64,000 nucleotides of DNA from Phycisphaerae bacterium (GCA_963664745.2 CAXXMC010000003.1:62634-126633); one strand, 5' to 3'. Numbered from the stretch's first letter, positions 49,895 to 60,862 are shown. Notes: generated from the letters alone by a model not told the origin. Numbers and translations: made by a program.

Positions 49895-50791
49895 ATGAAA
49901 GATGCGAAATATGGAATTTTTAAAAAAAGTTGCATGGAAGTAGTTGTCTTTTATCTGATCCTGGCAGGGGGATTGGCTGTGATTTGCGTGACCGATAGTC
50001 CGGCCAGGGCAGGGGGGGCGGAGAGCAGAACTGTTTTATATCAGGTGACTTATGCCGACCGCAGGATAGTGAATCTAACGACTCCGCCGACGACGGATCG
50101 GGGGATTTTGCTGGTAACGAGAATAACATCCACCAACTCAGCCCTGCCTGGATACGAGACGGTAAGTACGGGTAATACACCCATCGAGGAGCTTAATCCT
50201 CAGCGGACAGTTGAGCAGCAGCTTAGTTGGAACGGCTCAGCCTGGGTGGCTGAGGGCGATCAAAACGCTCAAAAGCCCACAATGCCATTACAAGGCTCAC
50301 AGGGCAGGACGGCAGTGCGTGTTCAGAATGTTCTGCATTGGGTTACGGAATCCGGGAACCAGCTGAAAACCGCCCAGGCCAGGCTGGAAACCGCAAAAAA
50401 ACAGGATGACATAATCCTTGCGTTGCGAGATATCGAACGGGCCAGCCAGGCGTTGAAGTTGGCGACCCTGGCAGTGGGCGAGTTGCAAACCACACTCCTG
50501 AAAGGCGGAATATCGACGGGAAGCATGCCCCCACCGACAGCTGATCAGGTTCTGCCCGACAATGCAGTGGATACGCTGGCGACTTCACCGGATGGCTATC
50601 CGCCGAATCAGCCTGTGTTAAAATCACACGTTAATGTCAGCGGTTACGTTGGAGGTTTGGGTACTTGGGGCGGCTGGTCTCCGCGAGGCCGAGATGCCTG
50701 GCCCATAGCTGGCGATGTTGACGTCTATCAGGAAACCCCCAACCCTGACTACGATACAGGCCCGCGCGTCATTATTCGTGAACAGAAGTAA
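49895..50791 (+). CDS. Hypothetical exported protein
   Basis: AGGAG RBS; hydrophobic N-terminus; coiled coil. Confidence 0.6.
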   Translation: MKDAKYGIFKKSCMEVVVFYLILAGGLAVICVTDSPARAGGAESRTVLYQVTYADRRIVNLTTPPTTDRGILLVTRITSTNSALPGYETVSTGNTPIEELNPQRTVEQQLSWNGSAWVAEGDQNAQKPTMPLQGSQGRTAVRVQNVLHWVTESGNQLKTAQARLETAKKQDDIILALRDIERASQALKLATLAVGELQTTLLKGGISTGSMPPPTADQVLPDNAVDTLATSPDGYPPNQPVLKSHVNVSGYVGGLGTWGGWSPRGRDAWPIAGDVDVYQETPNPDYDTGPRVIIREQK

Positions 50792-50881
50792 ACCCAGCCG
50801 CCGTTAAAATGTTGGAAAGAGCGAGAGTGTTCTTTTGCTGGAAAAAAAGAAAAACTTGAATTGCTCTAAGATTGTTTAATC

Positions 50882-51706
50882 TCAAGCTCCTTGCGGCTTT
50901 TTGCCGGATATGACTAACTCGTGAATGGCCTGTGCGACGCCGTCTTCATCGTTGTGTGCTGCGATATGATCTGCCACCTGAATGGAAGAAAGATGGCCGT
51001 TGGCCATCGCAACGCCCACACCGGCCCAGGCGATCATGTCCGTGTCGTTGATGTTGTCTCCGATGGTCATTACGTTTTCACGTTGAATGCCCAGTTCTCC
51101 CGCGACGGTTTGCACAGCAGAGAGTTTGGATACCGAAGCATGCATGATCTGCAGCAGGAATCCTTCGGTTTGAATGGTGGTCACCTCGCTGGGCAGGTCT
51201 TCGATAATGGCCTGGTTGACAGCACTCAGCCATTCGTCCTGACCGAGCAGCAGGAGTTTCGTGACCGGCTCGGTCAGCCAGGTCTCTATCGGCGCGATCA
51301 GATCCGGTTCGTGCAGCCTGGCTGTTTCCGTGAGGTAAGTGTCATCGAAAAAGTCCGTGTACCATTTGTCATGAACCTCAGCTGAGATTCGGATTTTCGG
51401 AAACCGCTCCCGCGACCACTTGACAATGCCGCGGGCGATGTTGACCGGGATGGTGTAATGCGTGATAACCCTACTGGTGGGCGGCTCCCATACCAGCGCG
51501 CCGTTGTAGTTTATCATCGCCCCGGACAATTCAAGCGTTTCGTAGAAGGGCATTGTCGTTCTGGGAGGCCTGGCTGTGGCGATGACGACTTCAACAGCAC
51601 CGCTGCTGCGGGCGTCACGAATGACGTCCACCGTCTGTTGCGAAATCGTCTTCCTGGAAGTCAGCAGCGTGCCGTCCAGATCGATCGCTATCAGCTCGAT
51701 GCTCAT
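50882..51706 (-). CDS. Cof-type HAD-IIB hydrolase
   Basis: DLDGTLL, ATAR, NGA, GDNINDTDM. Confidence 0.93.
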   Translation of the reverse strand: MSIELIAIDLDGTLLTSRKTISQQTVDVIRDARSSGAVEVVIATARPPRTTMPFYETLELSGAMINYNGALVWEPPTSRVITHYTIPVNIARGIVKWSRERFPKIRISAEVHDKWYTDFFDDTYLTETARLHEPDLIAPIETWLTEPVTKLLLLGQDEWLSAVNQAIIEDLPSEVTTIQTEGFLLQIMHASVSKLSAVQTVAGELGIQRENVMTIGDNINDTDMIAWAGVGVAMANGHLSSIQVADHIAAHNDEDGVAQAIHELVISGKKPQGA

Positions 51707-51883
51707 GGGATTATTATATCAGCAACAGCGGGATTTCGCCAGTGTCGTCTCAGATACAATCCTGGAAACAGACAAGACTTGACAGAAAGGACTTATTGTC
51801 GTAGAAGAAAACTTTCGGGCGCCTTGTGAATCCGTCGAGTTCAGCGCCTGATGTGTCATTACAATTTCGTTACGAGGTTTTTC

Positions 51884-53086
51884 ATGAAGATTTTTGTCGT
51901 TAATTGTGGCAGCAGTTCCATCAAGTATCAGCTTTTCAGCATGGCCAATGAGGAAGTCCTGGCCAAGGGACTCGTAGAGAGGGTAGGCACGAACGAGGCC
52001 GTGTTCCAGCTCGAAGCCGGGGAGACGCGTCTCAAAACGTCTGTCAAGGCTCCCGATCATACCGTTGCGCTGCAGATAATTCTCAGCAAGCTGGTTGATC
52101 CTGACATCGGCGTATTGAGCAGTATTAACGAAATTGAGGGAGTGGGCCATCGCGTGGTTCACGGCGGTGAGGACGCAACCGATTCCGCCCGGATTGATGA
52201 TGAAATGATCGCGATTATTCAGAAGAACGCCCAGCTGGCTCCGCTGCACAATCCCGCGAATATCATGGGCATTGAGGCAGCCATGGCTGCGATGCCCAAC
52301 GTGACTCAGGTAGCCGTTTTCGATACAGCCTATCTTTCGACCCTACCGCCCAAGGCATACCGTTACGCCGTCCCTGCCGAGTGGTACACCAAACATGGTG
52401 TCCGGCGGTATGGATTCCACGGCACGAGTCACCGCTACATTACCCGCCGGGCTGCGAGTCTGCTGGGCAAGAGTGTTGATACGATAAACCTGATAACGTG
52501 TCACCTGGGCAATGGCTGTTCGATGACAGCTGTGCATAACGGCAAGGCTATCGACCATTCGATGGGCATGACCCCGCTGGAGGGGTTGGTCATGGGTACG
52601 CGCAGCGGTGATATAGACCCAGCTGTGCCATTGTATATGATAGGCCGGGGCATGACGGCGCAGGAAGTTGATACCGCTTTGAACAAAGAATCTGGTTTGC
52701 AGGGTGTCAGCAGTTTGAGCAACGACATGCGTGATCTTCTGAGCTATTGCGAGAAGGGTGAGGAGAGCGCAAAACTGGCAGTGGAAATGTTCGTATATCG
52801 AATTGTAAAATACATCGGCTCGTATTACACGATTTTGCCGGATCTCGACGCGGTTGTGCTTACGGGCGGTGTTGGCGAAAATTCTTTGGTCATTCGTAAA
52901 AAGATTTGCGAGCAGCTCAACAGGCTTGGCGCAATAGCAGACGAGCATCGAAACCAGGCCACAGTAGGCGGTAAACAAGGCCCAATCACGGCAAATGGCT
53001 CACGCTTGCCCGTCTGGGTGATTCCAACCAACGAGGAATTGATGATCGCCAGGGATACGCAACGTATTGTTGCGGCAGGCCAGTAA
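51884..53086 (+). CDS. ackA: Acetate kinase
   Basis: NCGSSSIK, GHRVVHGG, APLHNP, YGFHGTSH, TNEE. Confidence 0.97.
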   Translation: MKIFVVNCGSSSIKYQLFSMANEEVLAKGLVERVGTNEAVFQLEAGETRLKTSVKAPDHTVALQIILSKLVDPDIGVLSSINEIEGVGHRVVHGGEDATDSARIDDEMIAIIQKNAQLAPLHNPANIMGIEAAMAAMPNVTQVAVFDTAYLSTLPPKAYRYAVPAEWYTKHGVRRYGFHGTSHRYITRRAASLLGKSVDTINLITCHLGNGCSMTAVHNGKAIDHSMGMTPLEGLVMGTRSGDIDPAVPLYMIGRGMTAQEVDTALNKESGLQGVSSLSNDMRDLLSYCEKGEESAKLAVEMFVYRIVKYIGSYYTILPDLDAVVLTGGVGENSLVIRKKICEQLNRLGAIADEHRNQATVGGKQGPITANGSRLPVWVIPTNEELMIARDTQRIVAAGQ

Positions 53087-53165
53087 ATTCCTTGTACTTC
53101 GCTCCCGTTATTGGGATAATGCTGTGGAATGTCTGACATGAACTGAACGGACATCGGAGACTACT

Positions 53166-54452
53166 ATGAACAAGGATTACAAAATAGGCATTGTGGTTGG
53201 TTTGGTCGTTCTGGCTCTGGGCGTTGTTTATTACACGGTCACGAACAAACCCGCACCGCCAGCCGAGCCGGTAGCAGTACCGGCAGAAGCGGACAATCAG
53301 CCTATGCTGGGCACTACTGCTCCACCGGCGGATACTGTTGTAGTGCCGGTCGAAGTGCCCGCCCCCGTCGAGATCACGCTCCCCGAAGCCATAGTCCCGC
53401 CAGCTGATGAAAAGGCTGACGTCAAACCGCTGGCCAATGATTGGGGACTGCCCTCTCCAGCCGATAAAACCAAGTCGACCACCGCTGGCGAGGTTGCTCC
53501 GATCAAATTCGCCGCCGATAAACCCGCCTCAGTCGAGCCCGGCGCAGGCGAAACCGGATACGCCTCACCGGACGAAGGGTCCGGCGACACGGGCGGCGAA
53601 TATTTCAGGTTGGATGAAGGGGCCAGCGTGGTCGCAGGAACGATAGAACCGGAAGTGATCAGGCCCGAAACTGCCGATCAGCCCGCCCCCGTAGCCTATC
53701 GGGGGAAGGATTCCTACGTAGTCCAAACGGGCGATGATCTTTGGACTATCGCTGAACGCGTTTATGGGACTGGCAACGGCAAGTATTACAAGTTGATCGA
53801 AAAAGCCAATCCGGAAATTGACCCGGACGCCTTGAAAGTCGGAAAAAAGCTCAGGATCCCGCCCATGCCCTCAGCCTCGGTTACCGCTGAGACTCCGATG
53901 GCCATGGATACTACCAGAACAACCAGGCCTGGCAGCAGCGGTGTGACTGATCCAACCAAGCCGCAGACTTATGTAGTTACAGGTGCCGATGCAGCTGGTT
54001 ATTGGGGAATCGCGAAAAAAGTTTACGGCGAAGGCAACGCCAGCAAATATGTATTAATCCAGCAGGCCAATCCGAAAATAGACCCCCAGAAACTCAGGGT
54101 CGGTACCAAGCTGATAATTCCGCCTCTGCCCAAGGAAACGCCCGCAACAAGATCGGTCGAGTCAATTTATCGCAGCGGAACTTCAACAACATCCGCTGTG
54201 CCGGGTCAGACTTACATCATCAAAAAAGGTGATACCGTCTGGGCGATAGCTGAGAGAGTGTATGGCAATGGTACGTACTCAAGTATTATCGTAAAAGCCA
54301 ATCCGCAAATGGATCCTGAGAATCTCAAGCTGGGCCAAAAGATTACCCTGCCGCCCAAGCCAATGACGACCCGAACCCCCAGCAGGAGCAGAACCGTTAC
54401 CTCGCCGCCCCGAACCAGAGTTGCACCCGGCGAGCCTGACTTTGGGCCATGA
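53166..54452 (+). CDS. Membrane-anchored protein with three LysM domains
   Basis: N-terminal TM, Pro-rich linker, three YxV..GD..W.IA..VYG...ANP..DP..LK.G repeats. Confidence 0.9.
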   Translation: MNKDYKIGIVVGLVVLALGVVYYTVTNKPAPPAEPVAVPAEADNQPMLGTTAPPADTVVVPVEVPAPVEITLPEAIVPPADEKADVKPLANDWGLPSPADKTKSTTAGEVAPIKFAADKPASVEPGAGETGYASPDEGSGDTGGEYFRLDEGASVVAGTIEPEVIRPETADQPAPVAYRGKDSYVVQTGDDLWTIAERVYGTGNGKYYKLIEKANPEIDPDALKVGKKLRIPPMPSASVTAETPMAMDTTRTTRPGSSGVTDPTKPQTYVVTGADAAGYWGIAKKVYGEGNASKYVLIQQANPKIDPQKLRVGTKLIIPPLPKETPATRSVESIYRSGTSTTSAVPGQTYIIKKGDTVWAIAERVYGNGTYSSIIVKANPQMDPENLKLGQKITLPPKPMTTRTPSRSRTVTSPPRTRVAPGEPDFGP

Positions 54453-54848
54453 TTACTGATGTATAAGGATGTATAAGACAGTAAAAAATAGAATATTTTG
54501 AATAAAAAAACTCCAGAAGCCCGGTTTAATACATATCATTCACTCTACTGCGGGCAAAGGCTGGAGCCATCTCTCTGAGTTGGACTTTTTTTGCGAAGGC
54601 TTGGATTCTCTCCTGAACAGGCAGGCAGAAACTTACGGAATTGGTTTAATCAAATTCCGCGGAAAGGTCCGATAATTTTAAAGATATCCGGGTTGTGTAA
54701 GAAACGGTGCGGAGCCTTGAAGTTTGTTAGATAGGCATTTGTATTCAGTTGGCTTCGTGTTGAAGTGGAATTGACAAGGTCCGTCCGCAGGAAGTAAAAA
54801 AAATCCCAGGCCTGCCAAGCCAGGCTGTAAAATCTAACGGAGATGTGA

Positions 54849-56663
54849 ATGAAATCTCTTGTGAAACGTAAATTTAAGACGTGTGTGATAGTTACGATGC
54901 TGTTGGGATTGACGCTGTTGTCTGTCTCGCCAGGCTGTACCAAAGACGAAGACGGCAAACTTGTCGTAAAGAAGAATATCTTCAAAAAAGAAGAAAAGCC
55001 CCGCAATAAAATTGTGATATCACCAGAAATCGCAGGCACGGTTGCTGAAGTCGCGCTTCTTGTCAGCGGGGGAGATGCGCCGATTACCGGTACGGGTATT
55101 GTTGTAGGTCTGGATACAAAAGGCTCATCGGAAGTGCCCGCCAGCGTGAAAAGCACTCTAACGAAGTATCTCGTCAACGAGATCAAACTCGGCAGGGCTT
55201 CTGAAGATATGCAGAATGTAACGCCCGATACATTTCTGGACGATCATGACACCGCTGTAGTTCGGGTCGATGCGATAATTCCGCCCGGAGCCCCCGAAGG
55301 GACCTTGATCGACGTTGCCGTCTCAGCCTTGCCCCGTACGCAAACGACCAGCCTGGAAGGCGGCATGCTGCTGCCCACGAAAATGCACTGGGAGGCAGGG
55401 AAGACATCAGAGAACAAGTATCTCAAATCCCTGGGCGTCGCTGAGGGGACTGTGTTCGTTAATCCTTTCCTGGATCCTACAAAACCGTCCGACACTCCGC
55501 GTTATCGTGAAGGCGTAGTCCTCAACGGCGCTGAGGTAGTCGAGGATATGCCGATTCGCCTTGAGCTTCGCAAGCCCAATTATCACACGTGTCAGATACT
55601 GGAAAAAAGAATCAATGAGCGTTTTTCTGTACCTGGCAAAAAGATTGCCACCGCAAAAAACCGCTATAACATTGAAATCAAAATTCCGCCGGAATATGTA
55701 GGGAATTACCAATATTTTCTCAAGCTCCTCCTGCACCTGCCGCGGGCCAGCGGTCCATCAGCCTATGAGACCCAGGCAAAACGCATAGCCCGGGCCATGA
55801 TGCAGCCTGATGCCAACCACGATGGATTGGCTTTGGTATGGGAGGCAATGGGAAAGAGCATTCTCCCGACTGTACAGAAAGTTTACTCATCCACCAATCC
55901 CACAGCTGCGTTTTTTGCAGCCCGGGCAGGGTTAAGGCTAAATGACACGTACCTGGCAGCTCCGATCATACTGGCAGCTGCGAAAAAGGCTGGGGCACCG
56001 CAGCAACTTCTTGCTATACAAGAGCTTGGCTATCATCCTGACGTTCGTCAGGCAGGCCCGGTACTTCGGGAACTGCTCAATGACTCCAATGAGCTTGTCC
56101 GCATTCATGCGTACGAGGCTTTATTGCGAAGGGGAGACAACGCAGCTGTGACCCGACACGACGTAGACGGCGAATTTCTCGTGGATATAGTGAAATCAAC
56201 CGGGCAACACGTTGTTTACGCAACCAGAAGCGGCAAGCCTAAGATCGTGCTTTTCGGGGATATTGTGCCCATTGCAAACCCCGTTTTTTATTCCACTTCT
56301 GACAATAATGTGACCATTTTCAGCAAAAAAGGCGATCCAAAAGCAGAGAATCCGGAAGATCAGAAGGATCATCTGGTGGTCTACCGAAAACTGCCCCGCA
56401 GGGAAAGAACGAGCAAAAAATTTACTGTTGAGTTCAACACCTGGCCTATGATAAAGGTTCTTGGCTCTCCGCCAAGACCAAGCCAGGCCACATGGAAAAT
56501 CCAGGGCCTGGGCCTGACATACAGCCAGGTGGTGGGCATTCTCTGCCAAATGTGTAAACAAAATTTAATTGAGGCAAAATTCGTCTTGCAACAGCCTACC
56601 GAATTGCAGAGAATCTATCGCCATACCCCTACTATGGGTAGACCTGACAGGCCAGACCGCTAG
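54849..56663 (+). CDS. FlgI (P-ring)-like lipoprotein with HEAT repeats
   Basis: GTGIVVGL..KGS, TAVVRV.A.IPPGA, SLEGG.L; HEAT-like LRELLND..ELVRIHAYEAL. Confidence 0.75.
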   Translation: MKSLVKRKFKTCVIVTMLLGLTLLSVSPGCTKDEDGKLVVKKNIFKKEEKPRNKIVISPEIAGTVAEVALLVSGGDAPITGTGIVVGLDTKGSSEVPASVKSTLTKYLVNEIKLGRASEDMQNVTPDTFLDDHDTAVVRVDAIIPPGAPEGTLIDVAVSALPRTQTTSLEGGMLLPTKMHWEAGKTSENKYLKSLGVAEGTVFVNPFLDPTKPSDTPRYREGVVLNGAEVVEDMPIRLELRKPNYHTCQILEKRINERFSVPGKKIATAKNRYNIEIKIPPEYVGNYQYFLKLLLHLPRASGPSAYETQAKRIARAMMQPDANHDGLALVWEAMGKSILPTVQKVYSSTNPTAAFFAARAGLRLNDTYLAAPIILAAAKKAGAPQQLLAIQELGYHPDVRQAGPVLRELLNDSNELVRIHAYEALLRRGDNAAVTRHDVDGEFLVDIVKSTGQHVVYATRSGKPKIVLFGDIVPIANPVFYSTSDNNVTIFSKKGDPKAENPEDQKDHLVVYRKLPRRERTSKKFTVEFNTWPMIKVLGSPPRPSQATWKIQGLGLTYSQVVGILCQMCKQNLIEAKFVLQQPTELQRIYRHTPTMGRPDRPDR

Positions 56664-56763
56664 ATATTGTGGTTTATGGCTTGCAGGCAACGAGTTATCA
56701 TTGTATAACTATGTGAACTGTAAGCCGGCAGGGTCAGGAGATGCCGGTGAGGAAATAATCGGC

Positions 56764-59700
56764 ATGAAATTAAGAAAACTTATCGTATCTGGCTTTAAGA
56801 GCTTCGCGGACAAGACGGAGTTTGAATTCGATGATGGCATCAGTTGCGTGGTCGGCCCGAACGGGTGCGGCAAGAGCAACGTTGTAGACGCTATTAAATG
56901 GGTTCTCGGCGAACAGTCAGCCAAGAGTCTTCGCGGCACTGAAATGATGGACGTTATCTTCAACGGCTCAGTTGCCCGTAGGCCCAGTGGCCAGGCTTCC
57001 GTAACGCTTCAATTCGAAGGCTGTGCGGGCCAGCTTCAGCCTGTGGTCAACGGCGAGGTCCAGGCCTCGGATTCCGTGTCGATTACCCGTCGACTTTTCC
57101 GTTCAGGCCAAAGCGAATATCTCATCAATAAACAGCCTGCCCGTCTGCGCGATATCAAGGAAATGTTCCTGGACACCGGTCTTGGTGCCAATGCGTACAG
57201 TATCATCGAGCAGGGTCGGGTCAGCCAGTTTCTCCAGGCGTCGCAGGAAGAGCGTCGCGCGTTTTTTGACGAGGCAGCCGGTATCAGCAGGTACAAACGT
57301 CGCAAAAAAGAAGCTGCCAGCAAACTCGGGCGGGTTGAGCAGAATCTGCTCAGACTTCAGGACATTCTCTCCGAGGTCGAGAAGCGATTACGGTCGATCA
57401 AGATCCAGGCCGGCAAGGCGAGGAACTATCAGACTTATGCTGAAAGTCTCCGCGAGCTTCGCGGCATTTATTTCCTCAGCCAGTATCACCTGATGAAGCT
57501 CACCAGGCAGGAACAGCAGGGCGGGTTGGACGTCAGCACGGACAGGCTTGCATCCATCACATCTCGAATTGGTCAACTGGAGTCGTCCCAGGCAGCTGCC
57601 CAGGCAGAAGCAGCCGAGCTGGAACAGGCCTCGCGTCAACTCCAGGCCAAGCTCTCCACGCTGTCGGCACAGATTACGACCCTGCAGGAACGGGCGGATA
57701 TGCAGGCCAATCGCGTTGAGGAGCTTTCCGAAGCCATTCTGATGAACGTATCGCGTTGCGAAGAGCTAGAAGCCAAGATAGACGACTGCGCCAAAGACGC
57801 AGCTGCCCGTGAAGTGGAAATCGCACAGGTTCTTAGCGCGGTCGAAGAACTTCAGCAGCAGAGCCAGGCCGTTGCGGAGTCTTACGCAGCTGGGGAAATG
57901 ACGATAACGGAACTTAAAATCCAGCTCGATGAAGAGAAGGCCGGCGTGGTCGACCTGCTCCGCCGGACTACTCAGCTGCACAATGACGTCCATGCAATCG
58001 GGATGCGTCGTCAGAGTCTGGAGGGCGACAAGGTTCGACTCACAGGCCGGGCCGAGGAAGTGGCCGAAGACCTCAAAGCCTTGCTCATTGAGCACGCGCA
58101 GGTCGCTGCCAAGCGAAAAGATTCCGAAGAAATCATCAATGAAGCCCAGGCCAAGCTCGAAGAAGTGCAAGGCGTTGCGGAAAAACTCTCCACCACCGAG
58201 CAGGAGCTTGTAGCCAAGCTTTCCGCTGATCGGGAACAGCGTTCGACCCTGGCAGGCCGGGCCCATTCGCTGCAAGAGATGCAGCAACGGCTAGAGGGCG
58301 TTGCAGAGGGCACAAAACGTGTTCTGAATGCATGTCGGGAAGGTCGGCTGCCCGTAATTCACGGCATGTTGGGCGATTATCTGGAAACCGATATTGAACA
58401 CGCACCGCTCGTGGAAGCTGCACTCTCTGGAGCTGACCAGCGTTTGCTTGGCGCTCATTTCAGCGAGGTACACGCAGCTGCAGCTGAACTGGAAGAAGTA
58501 CTGGGCCAGGGCGGTAGTGTCGAAGTGATTTGCCTGGATCGCGTCGGTGCCTTGCCGGAAGAAGATGTTTCGATTGCCTGTCCGCAGTCGATTGGAAGGG
58601 TGCTGGACTGGGTGAGGTTCGAGCCTTGGCTGGAGCCTTTGATGTGGCATTTACTGGGACATACCCTGCTTGTCCGCGATCTTGACGCCGCAGCGTTGGC
58701 TGCGCGGGTAACGCCAGAGGGTTATCGCTTCGTTACGCTGGCTGGGGAGGTATTCGAAGCTGACGGCAGGATTAGATTGGGCGCCGCAAATCAGGCTCCG
58801 GGCGTTATCGCACGCGGCAGTGAGCTTGCCGAGCTTCAGCAGCAGATAGCTGTCCTGGATGAGCAGATCGAAAACCTTCAGCTGCAAAGCACAGAGACCC
58901 GAACCGAACGGGAAAATCTTGAGCATCAGCTTGAGACCCTCCGCAAAGCCATCTACGAAGCTAATTTTGAACGTGGCGAGTGCGACAAACAGCTCGCCGG
59001 GCTTGATTCGCGAATCGATCAACGCAAACGCGAAGAGCCTTTGCTACATCAGAATATTTCCAGCATTGAAGCTGAAATTGACGCAGCTATTCAGAAAGAA
59101 CACGAAACGAAAGAGAAGGCTGCGGATCTGGAATACCGCAAAGTCCAGCACGATGAAACGCTGGCCTTGCTTGAGGAGCAGCTTGATGTCGCCCGAACGG
59201 GCCAGGACGAACTCAACGAACAGCGAACCGCGTTGAAGGTCGCCCTTGCTTCACAGGAGCAGAAGGCTCTTGCTCTCCGCGAGACAATCGCTACCCTTAC
59301 CCGTCAGCGAGGCGAGATGGAAGAGGCCCGCGCCAAAGCGCAGGCAGATATCGAACTGGATAAGGATCGACGCACTGCTGCCCAGAACGAAATCGAAAAA
59401 TCCCGTACGCAGGTCGAACAGCTCTATGCCGACAAGCAGGCGCTGGATGTCGAATTCCAGGACATTGAAGAGAGTCGCACAGGCCTTGCTGAGATGCTCG
59501 ATACGATCCGGACGCAAATGACGGAAAAGCGTCGCGAAGCTGAGCAGGCCAACGAAGAGGTCGGAAACCTGCGAGTCAAACTGAGCGAAATAGATGCGCA
59601 TATCGGCGATATGATTAACCGGGCTGCGGACGAGATGCACATGAATCTCACCGAGCTGCACAAAACCTATGAGCATGACGATGACAGGGATTGGGAAGCC

Positions 59701-60375
59701 CTTGAACTGGAAATGAACGATCTCCGCGGCAAGATCGACAGGCTCGGCAATGTAAATCTCGATGCGATAGGTGAACAGGAAGAACTGGAGCAGCGACATG
59801 AATATCTTGGCGCACAGATGCAGGATATTGTCGAGTCGCAGAAGCAGCTTGAGGAACTTATTCGCAAACTCAATAAGGAGTGTCGTGACAGATTTGTCGA
59901 GACGTTTGCACAGGTTCGCGAAAACTTCCAGTCGCTGTTCCGCAAGTTATTTGGCGGTGGCAAGGCTGACGTGCTGCTTACCGATCCTGAAGACGTGCTG
60001 GAAAGCGGCATCGAAATCGTGGCCCGGCCTCCCGGCAAGGAGCTTCGCTCTATCAGCCTGCTCTCCGGCGGTGAGAAAACCATGGCTGCCCTGGCGATGA
60101 TCTTCAGCTTCTTCCAGGCCAAGCCCTCGCCGTTCTGCCTGCTGGACGAAGTGGACGCTGCACTCGACGAAGCCAACAACGAACGTTACAACGCGATCGT
60201 TCAGGAATTCACCGATACCCAGTTTATCATGATCTCGCACAGTAAGCGAACCATGGCTATCGCCAAGGTACTCTACGGCGTGACGATGCAGGAACTGGGC
60301 GTCTCGAAACGTATCAGCGTCAAGTTCGAAGAGGCTGACCAACTCGACGAAACCCTTCAGCCGGTAATGGCCTAG
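56764..60375 (+). CDS. smc: Chromosome segregation protein SMC
   Basis: GFKSF, GPNGCGKSN, hinge, LSGGEK, LLDEVDAALD. Confidence 0.97.
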   Translation: MKLRKLIVSGFKSFADKTEFEFDDGISCVVGPNGCGKSNVVDAIKWVLGEQSAKSLRGTEMMDVIFNGSVARRPSGQASVTLQFEGCAGQLQPVVNGEVQASDSVSITRRLFRSGQSEYLINKQPARLRDIKEMFLDTGLGANAYSIIEQGRVSQFLQASQEERRAFFDEAAGISRYKRRKKEAASKLGRVEQNLLRLQDILSEVEKRLRSIKIQAGKARNYQTYAESLRELRGIYFLSQYHLMKLTRQEQQGGLDVSTDRLASITSRIGQLESSQAAAQAEAAELEQASRQLQAKLSTLSAQITTLQERADMQANRVEELSEAILMNVSRCEELEAKIDDCAKDAAAREVEIAQVLSAVEELQQQSQAVAESYAAGEMTITELKIQLDEEKAGVVDLLRRTTQLHNDVHAIGMRRQSLEGDKVRLTGRAEEVAEDLKALLIEHAQVAAKRKDSEEIINEAQAKLEEVQGVAEKLSTTEQELVAKLSADREQRSTLAGRAHSLQEMQQRLEGVAEGTKRVLNACREGRLPVIHGMLGDYLETDIEHAPLVEAALSGADQRLLGAHFSEVHAAAAELEEVLGQGGSVEVICLDRVGALPEEDVSIACPQSIGRVLDWVRFEPWLEPLMWHLLGHTLLVRDLDAAALAARVTPEGYRFVTLAGEVFEADGRIRLGAANQAPGVIARGSELAELQQQIAVLDEQIENLQLQSTETRTERENLEHQLETLRKAIYEANFERGECDKQLAGLDSRIDQRKREEPLLHQNISSIEAEIDAAIQKEHETKEKAADLEYRKVQHDETLALLEEQLDVARTGQDELNEQRTALKVALASQEQKALALRETIATLTRQRGEMEEARAKAQADIELDKDRRTAAQNEIEKSRTQVEQLYADKQALDVEFQDIEESRTGLAEMLDTIRTQMTEKRREAEQANEEVGNLRVKLSEIDAHIGDMINRAADEMHMNLTELHKTYEHDDDRDWEALELEMNDLRGKIDRLGNVNLDAIGEQEELEQRHEYLGAQMQDIVESQKQLEELIRKLNKECRDRFVETFAQVRENFQSLFRKLFGGGKADVLLTDPEDVLESGIEIVARPPGKELRSISLLSGGEKTMAALAMIFSFFQAKPSPFCLLDEVDAALDEANNERYNAIVQEFTDTQFIMISHSKRTMAIAKVLYGVTMQELGVSKRISVKFEEADQLDETLQPVMA

Positions 60376-60539
60376 TACTTCGTTTTAGGAATAAGGTCGG
60401 ATAGATGCGCCGCGCCGGTGAGGCAGATGCAAGGAAGAAAAAGACTGCATATTTGAAGATATTCCGTCGTTTTTCTGACGCAGCAGATGCCTTATCGCCG
60501 CAAGCAGGTATCCGGCATTATTCCTGAAATGGAGTACTA
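60373..60539. mobile_element. Fold-back MITE-like element, subfamily D (TAGTACTTCGTTTTAGGAATAA ends), conserved core
   Basis: 167 bp; starts on the smc TAG stop; core at 60429-60483. Confidence 0.85.
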
Positions 60540-60632
60540 GCGAAGGGGCCATTCTTTATGTCACAGATGAAGAAGATTTTTGGATAAAACAGCGGGCTAC
60601 AGAGGCACAGAGGACACAGAGTTTCTTTATTG

Positions 60633-60709
60633 TGTCATTGCGAGAGTAGCGAAGCAATCTCGATTTTTGAATTTTAGATTGCCGCGTCGCCATGCTCCTC
60701 GCAATGACA
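60633..60709. repeat. GTCATTGCGAG REP-like palindrome, copy 3
   Basis: Same arms as the 6321 and 20692 copies. Confidence 0.85.
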
Positions 60710-60778
60710 AATCATGGCTACCCTGCAAACAATGCAGTGTTGCCATGCCACTCGCCAGAAAGAATATGATTCCCTCGT

Positions 60779-60862
60779 GTAATCCCAGCGAAAGCTGGAT
60801 TCCAGAGGAAATTCCCGTATCGTCCATACATCCACTAGATTCCGGGTCAAGCCCGAAATGAC
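60779..60862. repeat. Degenerate GTCA-type REP-like palindrome
   Basis: GTAATCCCAGCGAAAGCTGG..TCCAG / CTAGATTCCGGGTCAAGCCCGAAATGAC. Confidence 0.6.

Noticed and set aside
54685-54800. SRP/6S RNA or riboswitch upstream of the flgI-like gene
   Set aside because: Only partial pairing (GCGGAGCCTTG/CAAGGTCCGTCCGC); no recognisable consensus motif.
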